64,000 nt of DNA from positions 8,723-72,722 of the forward strand of contig CAJKOJ010000001.1 of assembly GCA_905201505.1 (NCBI GenBank), read 5' to 3'. Below, piece after piece: positions 36,178 through 47,256 of this stretch (within the stretch, counting starts at the first letter, position 1; every line of letters starts with the position of its first letter). The DNA comes from an uncultured Eubacteriales bacterium (GTDB lineage: Bacteria > Bacillota > Clostridia > Lachnospirales > CAG-274). The translations under genes and the position numbers were made by a program. The notes below the pieces were generated by a model. That model was given only the letters and a program-made list of their open reading frames with translations. It searched no databases and had not been told where the DNA came from.

Positions 36178-37965
36178 ATGAAAAGATTTATAATTAGTTC
36201 AGCAGCGGCAGCTTTGGCTATGACTATGGGGACAACTGCAATGGCTGCAAATGGTGACTCAAAATATTTTAAAGACGTGACTGTAAATAATTATGGTTGG
36301 GCTGTTGAGTATATTGATTATATTGCTCAAAATGGTATAGCTTCAGGTATAGGTGCTGATATGTATGCACCGGGAAGTAACATTGAAAGAGGCGATTTCG
36401 CTGTACTTGTTAATAAGACTTTTACATTTAAAGAAGCTAAACTTGCTACATATGGACTTAAAGATGTTCCTGAAAATTCATACTATGCTCAGGCAATTGC
36501 AAATTGCTGCGGTGCGGGTGTAATTACTGAAAGAGGAATGTATTTCCCTGAAAGTGATATTACAAGAGGGGATGCAATAGTTATGCTTTACAGAGCTTTA
36601 AACAGCAATAATCTTGTGGGCGGAAATATAAGCTCTGATATATCAATGTTTAATGACGGTGAACAGCTTTCTACAATTGAAAGAAAGCTTGCAGCCGGCA
36701 CACTTAATAAGATTGGTGTTATAAATGGTGATGATAAGGGTAATATTAACCCGGCTGCAACAATGACAAGAGCTGAAATGGCTGTAGTGTTTGCAAAGCT
36801 TGATAAGTATATTGATGAATACAAAGTTTCAGAAGCACAAAAAGCTGAAGAAGACGCTGCAAAGAAGGAAGAAGAAGATTTAAAGAAGGAAGAAGAAAAG
36901 AAAGAAGAGGCTAAGGCTGAAGAAAGCAGAGATTACAGTGCTGAAGATGTTAAAGAACCTATTGTTGCTGCTAATGGGGGTACAATAAGCGTTACAGATT
37001 CTACTGTAAGAGTAAGCGGTGATAATGGTATCACAGCAGATAATAAAAGTGAAATAGATATAGAAAATACAAATGTTACAGCTATTGGCGGAAATGCTGT
37101 TGCAGCTCAAAATGGTGCTGTGATAAAAATGAAAAACGGCTCTGCAACAGGAACTAATGGTAACGGTGTATATGCAGGCAATGATTCTGAAGTAACTGTT
37201 GAAGGTACAAAGATTAAGGCTGACGGAAACGACTCAAAATATAGTGCAGAAGTTCGCAGTGGCAAAATGTCAATTGAGAATACATCAATTACTGCTGCTG
37301 AAAATAAAGGTGCTGTACTGGTTGCAGACGGCGGTAAGCTGGATTTATCAAATGTAAGCATAGATGCAAAAACCGGTGTAGGTAAAGGAACTTATGCAGG
37401 TGCAATTGATATAATTTCAACAGATGATAATAAGAGCGAAATAAACCTTGAAAATGTTACTATAACCAACACAAGCGGTTCTGCTTTCTATGTAAGAGAA
37501 AGTGATGTTACAATTAATATAAAGGGCAGAAACAAGATTAATGCACCAATGTTAATTAATTCTCCTGATATAAGAAAAGAAGAGCAGGAAAGAGGAAATA
37601 ATATTACTCTTAATTTAAGTGATGAAGCTACAATTCAGAATACAAGAATTGTACTTGATCCTAAGACTGTATTAGATATTAATCTAGATAGAAACACTTA
37701 CTTAGGAGGTCAAATTGATACAGAGGTTAAAGGGTATATTAATATAACAATGGATCAGGATGCTACTCTTGCACTTGACAGTGATCTTTATCTTGATGGA
37801 TTTAATAATAATGCAAGTTTTGATTTTGCAAATATTATTGATAATGGATTTAATATTTACTATAATGAAAACAATCCTGACAATGACTGGCTTGAGGCAA
37901 AAACTTATGAATTAGTTTTAGGCGGCAAGCTTATACCTTACAGTAAACAGGATATAGTGAGATAA
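36178..37965 (+). CDS. Cell-surface protein: signal peptide, three SLH repeats, charged coiled linker, beta-helix-like repeat region
   Basis: SLH-like segments (FKDV...WAVEYIDYIAQNGIASG; LKDV...YYAQAIANCCGAGVI; ...MTRAEMAVVFAKL). KEEEDLKKEEEKKEE linker. Repeated NxxIxIENTxVTA-type units. Confidence 0.7.
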   Translation: MKRFIISSAAAALAMTMGTTAMAANGDSKYFKDVTVNNYGWAVEYIDYIAQNGIASGIGADMYAPGSNIERGDFAVLVNKTFTFKEAKLATYGLKDVPENSYYAQAIANCCGAGVITERGMYFPESDITRGDAIVMLYRALNSNNLVGGNISSDISMFNDGEQLSTIERKLAAGTLNKIGVINGDDKGNINPAATMTRAEMAVVFAKLDKYIDEYKVSEAQKAEEDAAKKEEEDLKKEEEKKEEAKAEESRDYSAEDVKEPIVAANGGTISVTDSTVRVSGDNGITADNKSEIDIENTNVTAIGGNAVAAQNGAVIKMKNGSATGTNGNGVYAGNDSEVTVEGTKIKADGNDSKYSAEVRSGKMSIENTSITAAENKGAVLVADGGKLDLSNVSIDAKTGVGKGTYAGAIDIISTDDNKSEINLENVTITNTSGSAFYVRESDVTINIKGRNKINAPMLINSPDIRKEEQERGNNITLNLSDEATIQNTRIVLDPKTVLDINLDRNTYLGGQIDTEVKGYINITMDQDATLALDSDLYLDGFNNNASFDFANIIDNGFNIYYNENNPDNDWLEAKTYELVLGGKLIPYSKQDIVR

Positions 37966-37987
37966 AATAATTGAAATATTAAAAAGG

Positions 37988-38021
37988 GTTTGTGAAAATA
38001 TGTGTTTTCACAAACTCTTTT
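37988..38021 (+). terminator. Terminator of the SLH protein gene
   Basis: GTTTGTGAAAA-tatgtg-TTTTCACAAAC followed by TCTTTT. Confidence 0.75.
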
Positions 38022-38033
38022 AATATATTTTAT

Positions 38034-38065
38034 AAAAAAGCGGTGCCAGATTATTCTGACACCGC
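38034..38065 (-). terminator. Terminator of glgD
   Basis: GCGGTGCCAGA-ttat-TCTGACACCGC with one mismatch. The A-run on the plus strand gives a U-run on the minus strand. Confidence 0.65.
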
Positions 38066-38078
38066 AGTTTGCTTTATA

Positions 38079-39191
38079 TTAAACTACCTGTCCTTTTGTA
38101 ATAACAACAGGATCATCAGGAGTACCAATAAGCTGTTTACCATCGCTTATAACGGCTTCCTTATCTATAATGGCATTTTCAATTACACAGCCCTTGCCAA
38201 TATATGAGCTTTTCATAATGATTGAATTATTTACCTTTGCTCCCTCGGAAATTGTAACTTTTCTGAACAATACAGAATTTGATACGGCACCATCAATAAT
38301 AGTACCGGTACCTACAATTGAATTCTTAACATTTGCTGTTGAGTTAAACTTTGCAGGAGGGTCATCACTTGGTTTAGTACTGATATAAGGTTCGCTCTTA
38401 AATATTGACATAACTTCAGGCTTAAGGAAATCCATATTTGTTTCCATATAGGCCTCAACACTGTTAAGTGTGTTCCAATATCCGTCAAAATTATATCCGT
38501 ATATATTTAAATTGTTTTTGTTTCTTAGAATAATATCTTTAACAAAATCATAGTATCCCTTTGGAATAGCTGTCTCAAGAAGTTTAATAAGAAGAGGTCT
38601 TGAAATAACATATATTCCGAGAGATATGTTATCGCTCTTAGGATCAATAGGCTTTTCTTCAAATGAAGTAAGCTTCATATTGTCATCAAAGGTTACAACA
38701 CCATAGTCGTGAGGATCTTTTGTTGTACCTGCAATATCTTTTGTAACAATGGTGACATCAGCGTTCTTTTCTATATGGTAATCAAGCAGTTTCTGGTAAT
38801 CCATTTTATAAACAGCATCACCTGACGCAATTACTACATAAGGTTCATGGCTCCTTTTAAGGAAAGAGATATTCTGATAAATTGAGTCAGCTACACCTCT
38901 GAACCAAAAATTGTTTTCACTTGTAAGAAATGGTGTAAATATATACAAACCGCCTTCTTTTCTGTCTAAATCCCACCACTTAGCTGATGATAAATGGTCC
39001 TGAAGACTGCGTGAATTATACTGAGTAATAACTGCAACCTTATTAATAGAGGAATTTGACATATTACTGAGTGTAAAGTCAATTGCTCTGTAGGAAGATG
39101 CAACGGGCATAGCCGCTATCGCTCTTACCTTACAAAGAGTTTTAAGTCTTTCGCTGTTGCCTCCGGCAAGAATAATACCTATAGCTTTCAT
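38079..39191 (-). CDS. glgD: Glucose-1-phosphate adenylyltransferase subunit GlgD
   Basis: NTP-transferase fold plus left-handed beta-helix C-terminus. Degenerate G-rich loop (GIILAGGNSERL). Directly follows glgC. Confidence 0.8.
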   Translation of the reverse strand: MKAIGIILAGGNSERLKTLCKVRAIAAMPVASSYRAIDFTLSNMSNSSINKVAVITQYNSRSLQDHLSSAKWWDLDRKEGGLYIFTPFLTSENNFWFRGVADSIYQNISFLKRSHEPYVVIASGDAVYKMDYQKLLDYHIEKNADVTIVTKDIAGTTKDPHDYGVVTFDDNMKLTSFEEKPIDPKSDNISLGIYVISRPLLIKLLETAIPKGYYDFVKDIILRNKNNLNIYGYNFDGYWNTLNSVEAYMETNMDFLKPEVMSIFKSEPYISTKPSDDPPAKFNSTANVKNSIVGTGTIIDGAVSNSVLFRKVTISEGAKVNNSIIMKSSYIGKGCVIENAIIDKEAVISDGKQLIGTPDDPVVITKGQVV

Positions 39192-39193
39192 AA

Positions 39194-40474
39194 TTAAATC
39201 GCCCCCTCAAGAATAATTACAGACTGCCCGCTTGGAAGCTTGTTATCTGTATAATTGTCTGCCTTTGTAGGACCATAAATTACACAGTTTTTACCGACTT
39301 CAATTCCGTCAGGAACGGTAGTGCTGCTGCCAATAACGGTAATACCTGTATTGTAAATATGAGGCTTTCCTTCATTAGGAATATTATCACCTGTACCCAT
39401 GATAACATTATCGCCGATTTTTGTGTTTTGGTCAATGATACATCTGTCAATTACAGCGTTTTTGCCAATATGACAGCCTTCCATTATAATTGAATCCTTT
39501 ATAACAGCACCTTTTTCAATTATAACATTTTTACTGAGTACGGAATGTTCAACTTTTCCCTCAACTTCACAGCCTTCGGAAACAATACTTGTCTTTATTT
39601 CTGATTCAGGTCCTGTGTACATAGGAGGCTGCAGATTGCTGTTTGTGTATATTTTCCAGAAGTCTTCATACAAGTTAAATTCAGGAAGCGTCTTTATAAG
39701 CTCCATATTTGCTGCCCAGTATGATTCAATTGTTCCTACATCTTTCCAATAATCTTTAAATCTGTAGGCATAAAGTGTCATACCTTTATCAAGCATTGAA
39801 GGTATGATATGCTTACCAAAGTCGCTGTCAGAATGGATTTTGTTATCTTCAATAAGGGCATCTCTCAGCTTGTCCCATGTGAATATGTAAATACCCATAC
39901 TTGCAAGATTGCTCTTTGGGTGTTCCGGCTTTTCTTCAAATTCATAAATTTTGTCGTTTTCATCGGCATTCATAATACCAAAACGGCTTGCTTCCTCGAG
40001 ACTTACTTCGAGAACGGCAATTGTAACATCACAGTTGTTTTGTTTGTGATATTTAAGCATAGCTGCATAATCCATTTTGTAAATATGGTCACCTGACAAA
40101 ATAAGTACATATTCAGGTTTATTGGCGTCAATGTAGTCAATGTTCTGATAAATAGCGTTAGCTGTTCCGGAATACCATTCACCCTTTTCGCCTTCTCTCA
40201 TATGTGGTGCAAGAATTGATACTCCACCGTTTCTTGTGTCCAAATCCCATGGAACACCAATACCAATATGTTGGTTAAGTGTAAGAGGCTGATACTGTGT
40301 GAGTACACCTACAGTTTCAACTCCCGAATTGACACAATTACTCATAGGAAAGTCTATAATACGATATTTTCCTCCAAATGCAACTGCCGGTTTAGCCTTA
40401 TCCATTGTAAGAATACCTAAACGGCTTCCTTGTCCTCCGGCTAATAACATAGCCATCATTTCTTTTTTACGCAT
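39194..40474 (-). CDS. glgC: Glucose-1-phosphate adenylyltransferase GlgC
   Basis: [29 protein letters not shown] motifs. Confidence 0.9.
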   Translation of the reverse strand: MRKKEMMAMLLAGGQGSRLGILTMDKAKPAVAFGGKYRIIDFPMSNCVNSGVETVGVLTQYQPLTLNQHIGIGVPWDLDTRNGGVSILAPHMREGEKGEWYSGTANAIYQNIDYIDANKPEYVLILSGDHIYKMDYAAMLKYHKQNNCDVTIAVLEVSLEEASRFGIMNADENDKIYEFEEKPEHPKSNLASMGIYIFTWDKLRDALIEDNKIHSDSDFGKHIIPSMLDKGMTLYAYRFKDYWKDVGTIESYWAANMELIKTLPEFNLYEDFWKIYTNSNLQPPMYTGPESEIKTSIVSEGCEVEGKVEHSVLSKNVIIEKGAVIKDSIIMEGCHIGKNAVIDRCIIDQNTKIGDNVIMGTGDNIPNEGKPHIYNTGITVIGSSTTVPDGIEVGKNCVIYGPTKADNYTDNKLPSGQSVIILEGAI

Positions 40475-40771
40475 AGCTGCAATCCCTCCATTCGCTATGA
40501 TTTCTTTAAATATATAATAACATATTTCTATGGTGAATTACAACAAAAATTATGTATTTTTTTAAAAAAATAATTAATATTTCGTTTAACAAAAATTGAC
40601 AAAATAGTGTATATGTTAAAAAGTTTTCTAAAAAGAGATAAAATAAATTGTAAAATTATGTATAAAAATGACAAAAACTAAAAATCTAAAGGTTTAATTA
40701 ATTTATGTGGTAATTTATAGTAAAATGGGTTAATATATAGGTAAGTATTTAAATACTGTAAGGAGGATATT

Positions 40772-42697
40772 ATGAAATTCGGATTTATTAGAACGGCAGC
40801 GGCTACTCCTGATATGAAAGTGGCAGATTGCGGATATAATGTAGAAAATATAATAAGTTGTATAGAAGAAGCATACAGCAATAATGCAGAAATTATAGTC
40901 TTCCCTGAATTGGCTGTTACAGGATATACATGCGGGGATTTATTTTTGCAGAGAAGGTTAATTAAATCAGCTTTAATGGGTATTGAAACAATAAAGAAAT
41001 ATACTGTTGGTAAAAATATCATTGTTATTGTTGGTTTCCCTTTTGAATATCTTGGTAACTTATATAATTGTGCTGCTGTGCTTTACAAAGGTATGACACT
41101 GGGAATTGTGCCGAAAAGTTTTCTTCCAAACTACAATGAGTTTTATGAGATGAGATGGTTTAAGGAAGCTTTAGGTGATACAAGAATTGTAGACTTTTTG
41201 GGTGAAGATGTTCCATTTGGTACAAATGTACTTATAAAGTCTGAAAGTATGCCTGAACTTACATTAGGTGTGGAAATATGCGAAGACCTATGGAGTGTTA
41301 TACCTCCTTCTTTAAACCATGCTCTTGCAGGAGCAACCATTATTGCAAATCCGTCAGCAGGAAATGAAATAACAGGTAAAGATATGTACAGAAAAGCTCT
41401 TGTAGAAGGTCAGTCTGCAAGAATTATAGGCGGTTATATTTATGCTTGTGCAGGTGAAGGCGAATCAACAACTGATGTTGTATATTCAGGTCATAATATT
41501 ATTAGTGAAAACGGCGTCACATTGGCAGAGACTGAAAGGTTTAAAAATGGAATTGCATACGGAGATATTGATGTATTCAGGATAATTACCGAAAGGCAGA
41601 GAAACAGCTCTTTTAGAACAGATAATGTAGATTACACTGTAGTTGAAATTGATTTCAAACCAAATTGTGAAGATATAAACAGATTTGTTGATCCTTCTCC
41701 TTTTGTACCTAAGGATTTGAAAAAACGAGAAAAAAGGTGCGAGGAAATTTTAAATATACAGGCTTATGGACTTAAAAAGAGAATAGAGCACATAGGATGT
41801 AAAAATGTTGTGGTCGGAATAAGCGGCGGACTTGATTCAACTCAGGCACTTATAGTAACAGCGAGGGCTTTTGAACTTGCAAAAATGGACAAGAAGGGTA
41901 TTGTTGCTGTCACTATGCCTTGCTTTGGAACAACAGACAGAACATATAACAATGCAGTAAACCTTGTAAAGGAAATAGGAGCAACATTAATTGAGATAAA
42001 TATAAGAGATGCAGTTATGCAGCATTTTGAGGATATAGGGCATAATCCGGAAATTCATGATTTGACATATGAAAATTCTCAGGCGAGAGAGAGAACTATG
42101 ATTCTTATGGATATAGCTTCAAAATACAATGGATTTGTTGTAGGTACAGGGGACTTAAGTGAGCTTGCTTTAGGCTGGGCTACGTATAACGGAGATCATA
42201 TGAGTATGTACGGAGTAAACTGTTCAGTGCCTAAAACTCTTATAAGATACCTTATACAGTATTATGCTGAAATTGTTGCTGATGGAAAGCTAAAAGATAT
42301 TTTGTTTGATATTCTTGATACTCCTGTATCTCCTGAACTTTTGCCTCCGGATAAGGATGGTAAAATTGCACAGATTACAGAGGATGTAGTAGGACCTTAT
42401 GAACTCCATGATTTCTTTTTATATAATATGATGAGACTGTGTTTTGAGCCTGATAAAATATTCTACCTGGCAAAAATTGCATTTGCAGGTAAATATGAAG
42501 ATAAAATTATATACAAGTGGTTAAGAAATTTTTATTGGAGGTTTTTCTCTCAGCAATTTAAGAGAAGCTGTTTGCCTGACGGACCAAAGGTGGGTTCTGT
42601 AAGTCTAAGTCCTAGAGGTGACTGGAGAATGCCGAGTGATGCATCTGTTGGTGAATGGATGAAAGTACTTGATGAAATAGAAAAAAGTTTGGATTAA
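40772..42697 (+). CDS. nadE: Glutamine-dependent NAD+ synthetase
   Basis: N-terminal nitrilase/CN-hydrolase domain (FPELAVTGY...EICEDLW) and C-terminal PP-loop (GISGGLDS). Confidence 0.9.
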   Translation: MKFGFIRTAAATPDMKVADCGYNVENIISCIEEAYSNNAEIIVFPELAVTGYTCGDLFLQRRLIKSALMGIETIKKYTVGKNIIVIVGFPFEYLGNLYNCAAVLYKGMTLGIVPKSFLPNYNEFYEMRWFKEALGDTRIVDFLGEDVPFGTNVLIKSESMPELTLGVEICEDLWSVIPPSLNHALAGATIIANPSAGNEITGKDMYRKALVEGQSARIIGGYIYACAGEGESTTDVVYSGHNIISENGVTLAETERFKNGIAYGDIDVFRIITERQRNSSFRTDNVDYTVVEIDFKPNCEDINRFVDPSPFVPKDLKKREKRCEEILNIQAYGLKKRIEHIGCKNVVVGISGGLDSTQALIVTARAFELAKMDKKGIVAVTMPCFGTTDRTYNNAVNLVKEIGATLIEINIRDAVMQHFEDIGHNPEIHDLTYENSQARERTMILMDIASKYNGFVVGTGDLSELALGWATYNGDHMSMYGVNCSVPKTLIRYLIQYYAEIVADGKLKDILFDILDTPVSPELLPPDKDGKIAQITEDVVGPYELHDFFLYNMMRLCFEPDKIFYLAKIAFAGKYEDKIIYKWLRNFYWRFFSQQFKRSCLPDGPKVGSVSLSPRGDWRMPSDASVGEWMKVLDEIEKSLD

Positions 42698-42711
42698 TAT
42701 ATTGATAGTTC

Positions 42712-42740
42712 AGAGGCAGAGAAATATATCTCTGCCTTTA
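42712..42740 (+). terminator. Terminator after nadE
   Basis: AGGCAGAGA-aatata-TCTCTGCCT followed by TT. Confidence 0.6.
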
Positions 42741-42923
42741 ATTGTCTAAATATAAATTTTTTAATTTACTTATTAAGGTAAAAATGTATACTATTTTTGC
42801 AAGATTATAGTTTTTAATAATTTATAAATTTACAGAATAAATTGAAAATTTACTCTTGTGTAAATTTTAATTTAGGTATACAATAAATGTAAATATTGTT
42901 TGAAGTGAAAGGAAACAGAAAAT

Positions 42924-43991
42924 ATGGCAAAGAAAGTTATTGCTGTGCTTTTTGGCGGTCAGTCATCAGAGCATGATGTATCCAAAGTTAGTGCGGCTAC
43001 TATTATATCCAATATTAATCAGGATAAATATACAATTATTCCAATTTATATTACTAAGGAAGGTCACTGGCTTTTATATGACGGACCTGTAGAAAATATA
43101 CAAAACGGTACTTGGGAAAAATATGCAAGCTCTGCTGTTTTAAGTCCTGACGCTACACATAAAGGAATTTTTAGAATTGTAGGAGAAAAAGTTAAACTTA
43201 TACCTATAGATTTGGTTTTCCCTGTGCTTCATGGGGCTAACGGTGAGGATGGTACAATTCAGGGGCTTTTTGAACTGGCAAAAATACCTTATGTGGGCTG
43301 TGGTGTTCTATCATCAGCTGTAAGTATGAATAAGGCATATACAAAGTTGGTTGTGGAAAAGCTTGGTGTTGAGCAGGCTAAGTATGCTGTTTGTTACAGA
43401 AATGAAATAGAAAATAATATTGAAGAGTGCATTGAAAAAATTGAAGAGGCATGTGGGTATCCATGTTTTGTAAAGCCTGCCTGTGCAGGATCAAGCGTAG
43501 GGATAACTAAGGCACATAACAGGACTGAACTTGTGGATGGCTTATGGACTGCAGCTAAAGAAGACAGGACAATTGTTATAGAAGAAAATATTACGGGTTT
43601 TGAACTGGAGTGTGCAGTACTTGGAAATACTGAAGTTCAGGCGTCTGCTGTTGGTCAGGTCCTTGCAGCTGCCGAATTCTATGATTATGATGCAAAATAT
43701 AATAATAAGGAATCAAAGACTGTAATTCCTGCACCTATTCCTGAGGATAAGGCAAATGAAATAAGAGAAAATGCAGTGAAAATATTTAAAGCACTTGACG
43801 GAAGAGGATTGTCAAGAGTTGACTTTTTCATGGAGGAGAGTACAGGTAAAATTGTATTTAATGAAATAAATACTTTACCGGGTTTTACTCCTATAAGTAT
43901 GTACCCTATGCTTTTTAATGAGGTGGGTCTTTCTACAGAAGAACTTGTAGACAAAATAATAGATTTAGGTTTTAGCAGAAACGAGGACTAA
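42924..43991 (+). CDS. ddl: D-alanine--D-alanine ligase
   Basis: VLFGGQSSEHDVS, HGANGEDGTIQG, ATP-grasp C-terminus EINTLPGFT. Confidence 0.9.
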   Translation: MAKKVIAVLFGGQSSEHDVSKVSAATIISNINQDKYTIIPIYITKEGHWLLYDGPVENIQNGTWEKYASSAVLSPDATHKGIFRIVGEKVKLIPIDLVFPVLHGANGEDGTIQGLFELAKIPYVGCGVLSSAVSMNKAYTKLVVEKLGVEQAKYAVCYRNEIENNIEECIEKIEEACGYPCFVKPACAGSSVGITKAHNRTELVDGLWTAAKEDRTIVIEENITGFELECAVLGNTEVQASAVGQVLAAAEFYDYDAKYNNKESKTVIPAPIPEDKANEIRENAVKIFKALDGRGLSRVDFFMEESTGKIVFNEINTLPGFTPISMYPMLFNEVGLSTEELVDKIIDLGFSRNED

Positions 43992-43995
43992 GAAT

Positions 43996-44802
43996 ATGGA
44001 TGTAAGACCTATTGGTATATTTGATTCGGGAGTAGGCGGTCTGACAGTTGTAAAACAGATAATGAAAGTTCTTCCTTGTGAGGATTTGGTTTATTTTGGG
44101 GATACGGCAAGAGTGCCCTATGGTTCCAAAAGCAAAGAAACTGTTACTAAGTTTTCAGAACAGATAATAAGGTTTTTGAAAACTAAAAATGTTAAAGCAA
44201 TTGTCATTGCCTGTAATACTGTAAGTTCAAATTGTTATGAAAGTCTTTCAGATGTTTTTAATGGGCTGCCTATAATAGAAGTAGTCACTCCAGGAGTTGA
44301 AAGCTGTCTTAAAGCTACTAAAAACAAAAGGGTTGGACTTATTGGTACTCAAGGTACAGTAAATTCAGGAGCTTATGAAAAGCGTCTGAAAAATGCTGAT
44401 AATGAAATTCAGGTTTTTAAAAGGGCTTGTCCGCTTTTTGTACCCCTTGCTGAAGAGGGCTGGACTGATAATGAAATTGCAAGACTTACTGTAAAGGAAT
44501 ACCTTACTGAGCTTGTTGAAAAGAATATTGATACAATTATACTTGGTTGTACTCATTATCCAATTTTAAAAACAAGTATTGGCAGGTTTGTGGGGGAAAA
44601 TATAACCATTGTTGATCCTGCAGAAGCTACGGCAATTAAGCTAAAGGAATATCTTGATTGTCATAATATGCTTACTGAAAATACCTGTGAGGGTAAAAGG
44701 GATTTTTATGTAAGTGATGATTATGCAAACTTTGACAGTGTATGTAAAAGTGTACTTAAGTATACTTGTAAAGCTGAAAAAGTGGATATTGAAAGGTATT
44801 GA
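43996..44802 (+). CDS. murI: Glutamate racemase
   Basis: IGIFDSGVGGLTV, IACNTVS, LGCTHYP. Confidence 0.9.
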   Translation: MDVRPIGIFDSGVGGLTVVKQIMKVLPCEDLVYFGDTARVPYGSKSKETVTKFSEQIIRFLKTKNVKAIVIACNTVSSNCYESLSDVFNGLPIIEVVTPGVESCLKATKNKRVGLIGTQGTVNSGAYEKRLKNADNEIQVFKRACPLFVPLAEEGWTDNEIARLTVKEYLTELVEKNIDTIILGCTHYPILKTSIGRFVGENITIVDPAEATAIKLKEYLDCHNMLTENTCEGKRDFYVSDDYANFDSVCKSVLKYTCKAEKVDIERY

Positions 44803-44834
44803 TAAATTTTGAGAAATTTTACATTAAAATGTGC

Positions 44835-44863
44835 TTGACTTTGGTTTTTGTAAGTGTTATTAT
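44835..44863 (+). promoter_or_regulatory. Sigma-A promoter of the thrS leader
   Basis: TTGACT (44835..44840), 17 nt spacer, TATTAT (44858..44863). Confidence 0.6.
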
Positions 44864-44869
44864 GTTATT

Positions 44870-45090
44870 GATAAAATCATTGATGAGGACAGTAACTTTT
44901 GTTTAACCATTGCAGAGAGGAATGTGTTGGCTGTGAACATTCTATGGCAGCAAAATGTGAAAACCACCTCAGAGTGGCTCTAATAAAGCTCGGTTGACTT
45001 CCGTTAAAGGTTATTAAGTGGCAGTTTTTACTGCAAGTAGGGTGGAACCACGGTAACTCGTCCCTTTTTGGGAGTGTTACCGTTTTTTTG
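44870..45090 (+). promoter_or_regulatory. T-box riboswitch leader (Thr; specifier ACC at 44963..44965)
   Basis: Stem I with TGATGAG, AGAGAGG and GTTGG elements. T-box sequence GTAGGGTGGAACCACGG. Terminator CGGTAAC...GTTACCG followed by TTTTTTT. Confidence 0.85.
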
Positions 45091-45130
45091 TTGTTAAATT
45101 TGAAATTCATTGAGAAAAGGAGTGTATAAA

Positions 45131-47038
45131 ATGGTAAATGTTACTTTAAAGGATGGCAGTGTAAAAGCTTATGAAAGCGGTACAACTATTCTTGATATTG
45201 CTAAGGACTTAAGCGAAGGTTTAGCCAGAAATGCCTGCTGTGGTATGATTAACGGCAATGTTGTGGATTTAAGAGAAGAAGTTAAAGAGGATTGTGAAGT
45301 TGCAATATGTACGTTTGACAGTGACGAAGGTAAAAAAGCATTCAGACATACTGCTTCTCATATTTTAGCTCAGGCAGTGAAGAGATTATACCCTGAGGCT
45401 AAGCTTGCAATAGGTCCTTCAACTGATGACGGATTTTATTATGACTTTGATGATATTACTTTCACACCTGAGGATTTTGAAAAAATTGAAAAGGAAATGA
45501 AGAAAATCGTTAAAGAAAATCTTCCTATTGAGAAATTTGAACTTCCAAGGGCAGAAGCTATTAAATTTATGGAGGAAAAGGGTGAGCCTTACAAGGTTGA
45601 ACTTATTAACGATTTGCCTGAAGATGCGGTGATTTCTTTCTATAAGCAGGGAGAATTTACTGACCTTTGTGCAGGTCCACACTTAATGACTACTAAGCCT
45701 GTTAAAGCTATTAAAATAATGAGTGTTGCAGGTGCTTATTGGAGAGGCAGCGAAAAGAACAAGATGCTTGTTCGTCTTTATGCAACTGCATATACTAAGG
45801 CAAGCGATCTTGAGGCTTATGTGAATATGCTTGAAGAAGCTAAGAAGAGAGATCACAGAAAATTGGGTAAGGAATTAGGACTTTTCTGTATTTTAGATGA
45901 GGGTCCCGGTTTTCCGTTTTTCCTTCCTAAAGGTATGGTCCTTAAGAATACTCTCCTTGATTACTGGAGGGAAATTCACAAGAGAGCAGGATATGTTGAA
46001 ATACAAACTCCTATGATGCTTAACAGGCAGCTTTGGGAGCGTTCAGGTCACTGGGATCATTATAAGGAAAATATGTATACTACAAAGATTGACGATGTGG
46101 ACTTTGCCATTAAGCCTATGAATTGCCCTGGTGGTATGCTTGTTTATATGCAGGAGCCACATTCTTACAGGGATTTGCCTATAAGAGCTGGAGAAATTGG
46201 TCTTGTTCATCGTCACGAAAAGAGCGGCGCTCTTCATGGTCTTATGAGAGTTCGCTGTTTTTCACAGGATGATGCACATATCTTTATGACTCCTGAGCAG
46301 ATTAAGGATGAAATTAAGGGTGTAGTTGCACTTATTGATGAAGTTTATTCTTTGTTTGGTTTTAATTATCACATTGAACTTTCTACTCGTCCTGAGGATT
46401 CTATGGGTTCTGATGAGGAATGGGAAAGAGCTACAGCAGGCTTAAAAGGTGCTCTTGATGAGCTTGGAAGAGATTATGTAATAAATGAGGGCGATGGTGC
46501 TTTCTATGGACCTAAGATTGATTTCCATCTTGAGGATTCCCTTGGCAGAACATGGCAGTGCGGTACAATTCAGCTTGATATGCAGCTGCCTGAAAGATTT
46601 GAACTTGAATATACTGACAAGGACGGAAGTAAAAAACGTCCTATTATGATACACAGAGTTGTGTTTGGTTCTGTTGAAAGATTTATAGGTATTCTTACTG
46701 AGCATTTTGCAGGGCATTTCCCTACATGGTTAGCACCTGTTCAAGTTAAGGTACTTCCAATATCTGATAAATATGCTGATTATGCCGCTAAGGTTGAAAG
46801 TGCATTTAAGGCAGAGGGAATAAGAGTTGAAACTGACCACAGGGCTGAGAAAATCGGTTACAAGATAAGAGAGGCTAGAAATGAAAGAGTGCCTTATATT
46901 GTAGTAGTTGGTGAAAAAGAGGCTGAAGAGGGTACTCTTTCAGTAAGATGCAAGGGTGAGGATTTAGGAAGCTACAAGCTTGAGGCTTTCCTTGATGAAA
47001 TTAAAGAGGAAATTAAGAACAAGACTAAGAGATGGTAA
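45131..47038 (+). CDS. thrS: Threonyl-tRNA synthetase
   Basis: TGS domain, editing-domain HTASHILAQA, class II core. ATG 45131 follows AAAGGAG. Confidence 0.9.
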   Translation: MVNVTLKDGSVKAYESGTTILDIAKDLSEGLARNACCGMINGNVVDLREEVKEDCEVAICTFDSDEGKKAFRHTASHILAQAVKRLYPEAKLAIGPSTDDGFYYDFDDITFTPEDFEKIEKEMKKIVKENLPIEKFELPRAEAIKFMEEKGEPYKVELINDLPEDAVISFYKQGEFTDLCAGPHLMTTKPVKAIKIMSVAGAYWRGSEKNKMLVRLYATAYTKASDLEAYVNMLEEAKKRDHRKLGKELGLFCILDEGPGFPFFLPKGMVLKNTLLDYWREIHKRAGYVEIQTPMMLNRQLWERSGHWDHYKENMYTTKIDDVDFAIKPMNCPGGMLVYMQEPHSYRDLPIRAGEIGLVHRHEKSGALHGLMRVRCFSQDDAHIFMTPEQIKDEIKGVVALIDEVYSLFGFNYHIELSTRPEDSMGSDEEWERATAGLKGALDELGRDYVINEGDGAFYGPKIDFHLEDSLGRTWQCGTIQLDMQLPERFELEYTDKDGSKKRPIMIHRVVFGSVERFIGILTEHFAGHFPTWLAPVQVKVLPISDKYADYAAKVESAFKAEGIRVETDHRAEKIGYKIREARNERVPYIVVVGEKEAEEGTLSVRCKGEDLGSYKLEAFLDEIKEEIKNKTKRW

Positions 47039-47048
47039 TATAACTTTT

Positions 47049-47076
47049 AAAGGATCGGGTGACCGGTCCTTTTTTA
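47049..47076 (+). terminator. Terminator after thrS
   Basis: AAAGGATCGG-gtga-CCGGTCCTTTTTT. Confidence 0.8.
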
Positions 47077-47233
47077 TTAAAACATATTTTTATCATAACT
47101 GAATAAAAAACATATTAAAAAAATTATTTAACTAACCTTTTTTAAGTTGATTCTTTAATCTAAATTTCATAATTAGTTCATTATAGGTCTTTTTTGCTAT
47201 AATATTGTACGGTAAAAATGTTATTTATTTCAT

Positions 47234-47249
47234 ATCAAAATATTTTGAT
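47234..47249. promoter_or_regulatory. Operator 1: perfect 16-bp palindrome ATCAAAATATTTTGAT
   Basis: Lies 7 nt upstream of the arsR -35. Confidence 0.6.
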
Positions 47250-47256
47250 GTATTTA

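Noticed and set aside
40678-41022. 114-aa minus-strand ORF overlapping the nadE 5' end.
   Set aside because: It is antisense to a well-supported nadE N-terminus and to the AT-rich promoter region. Its composition is low-complexity.
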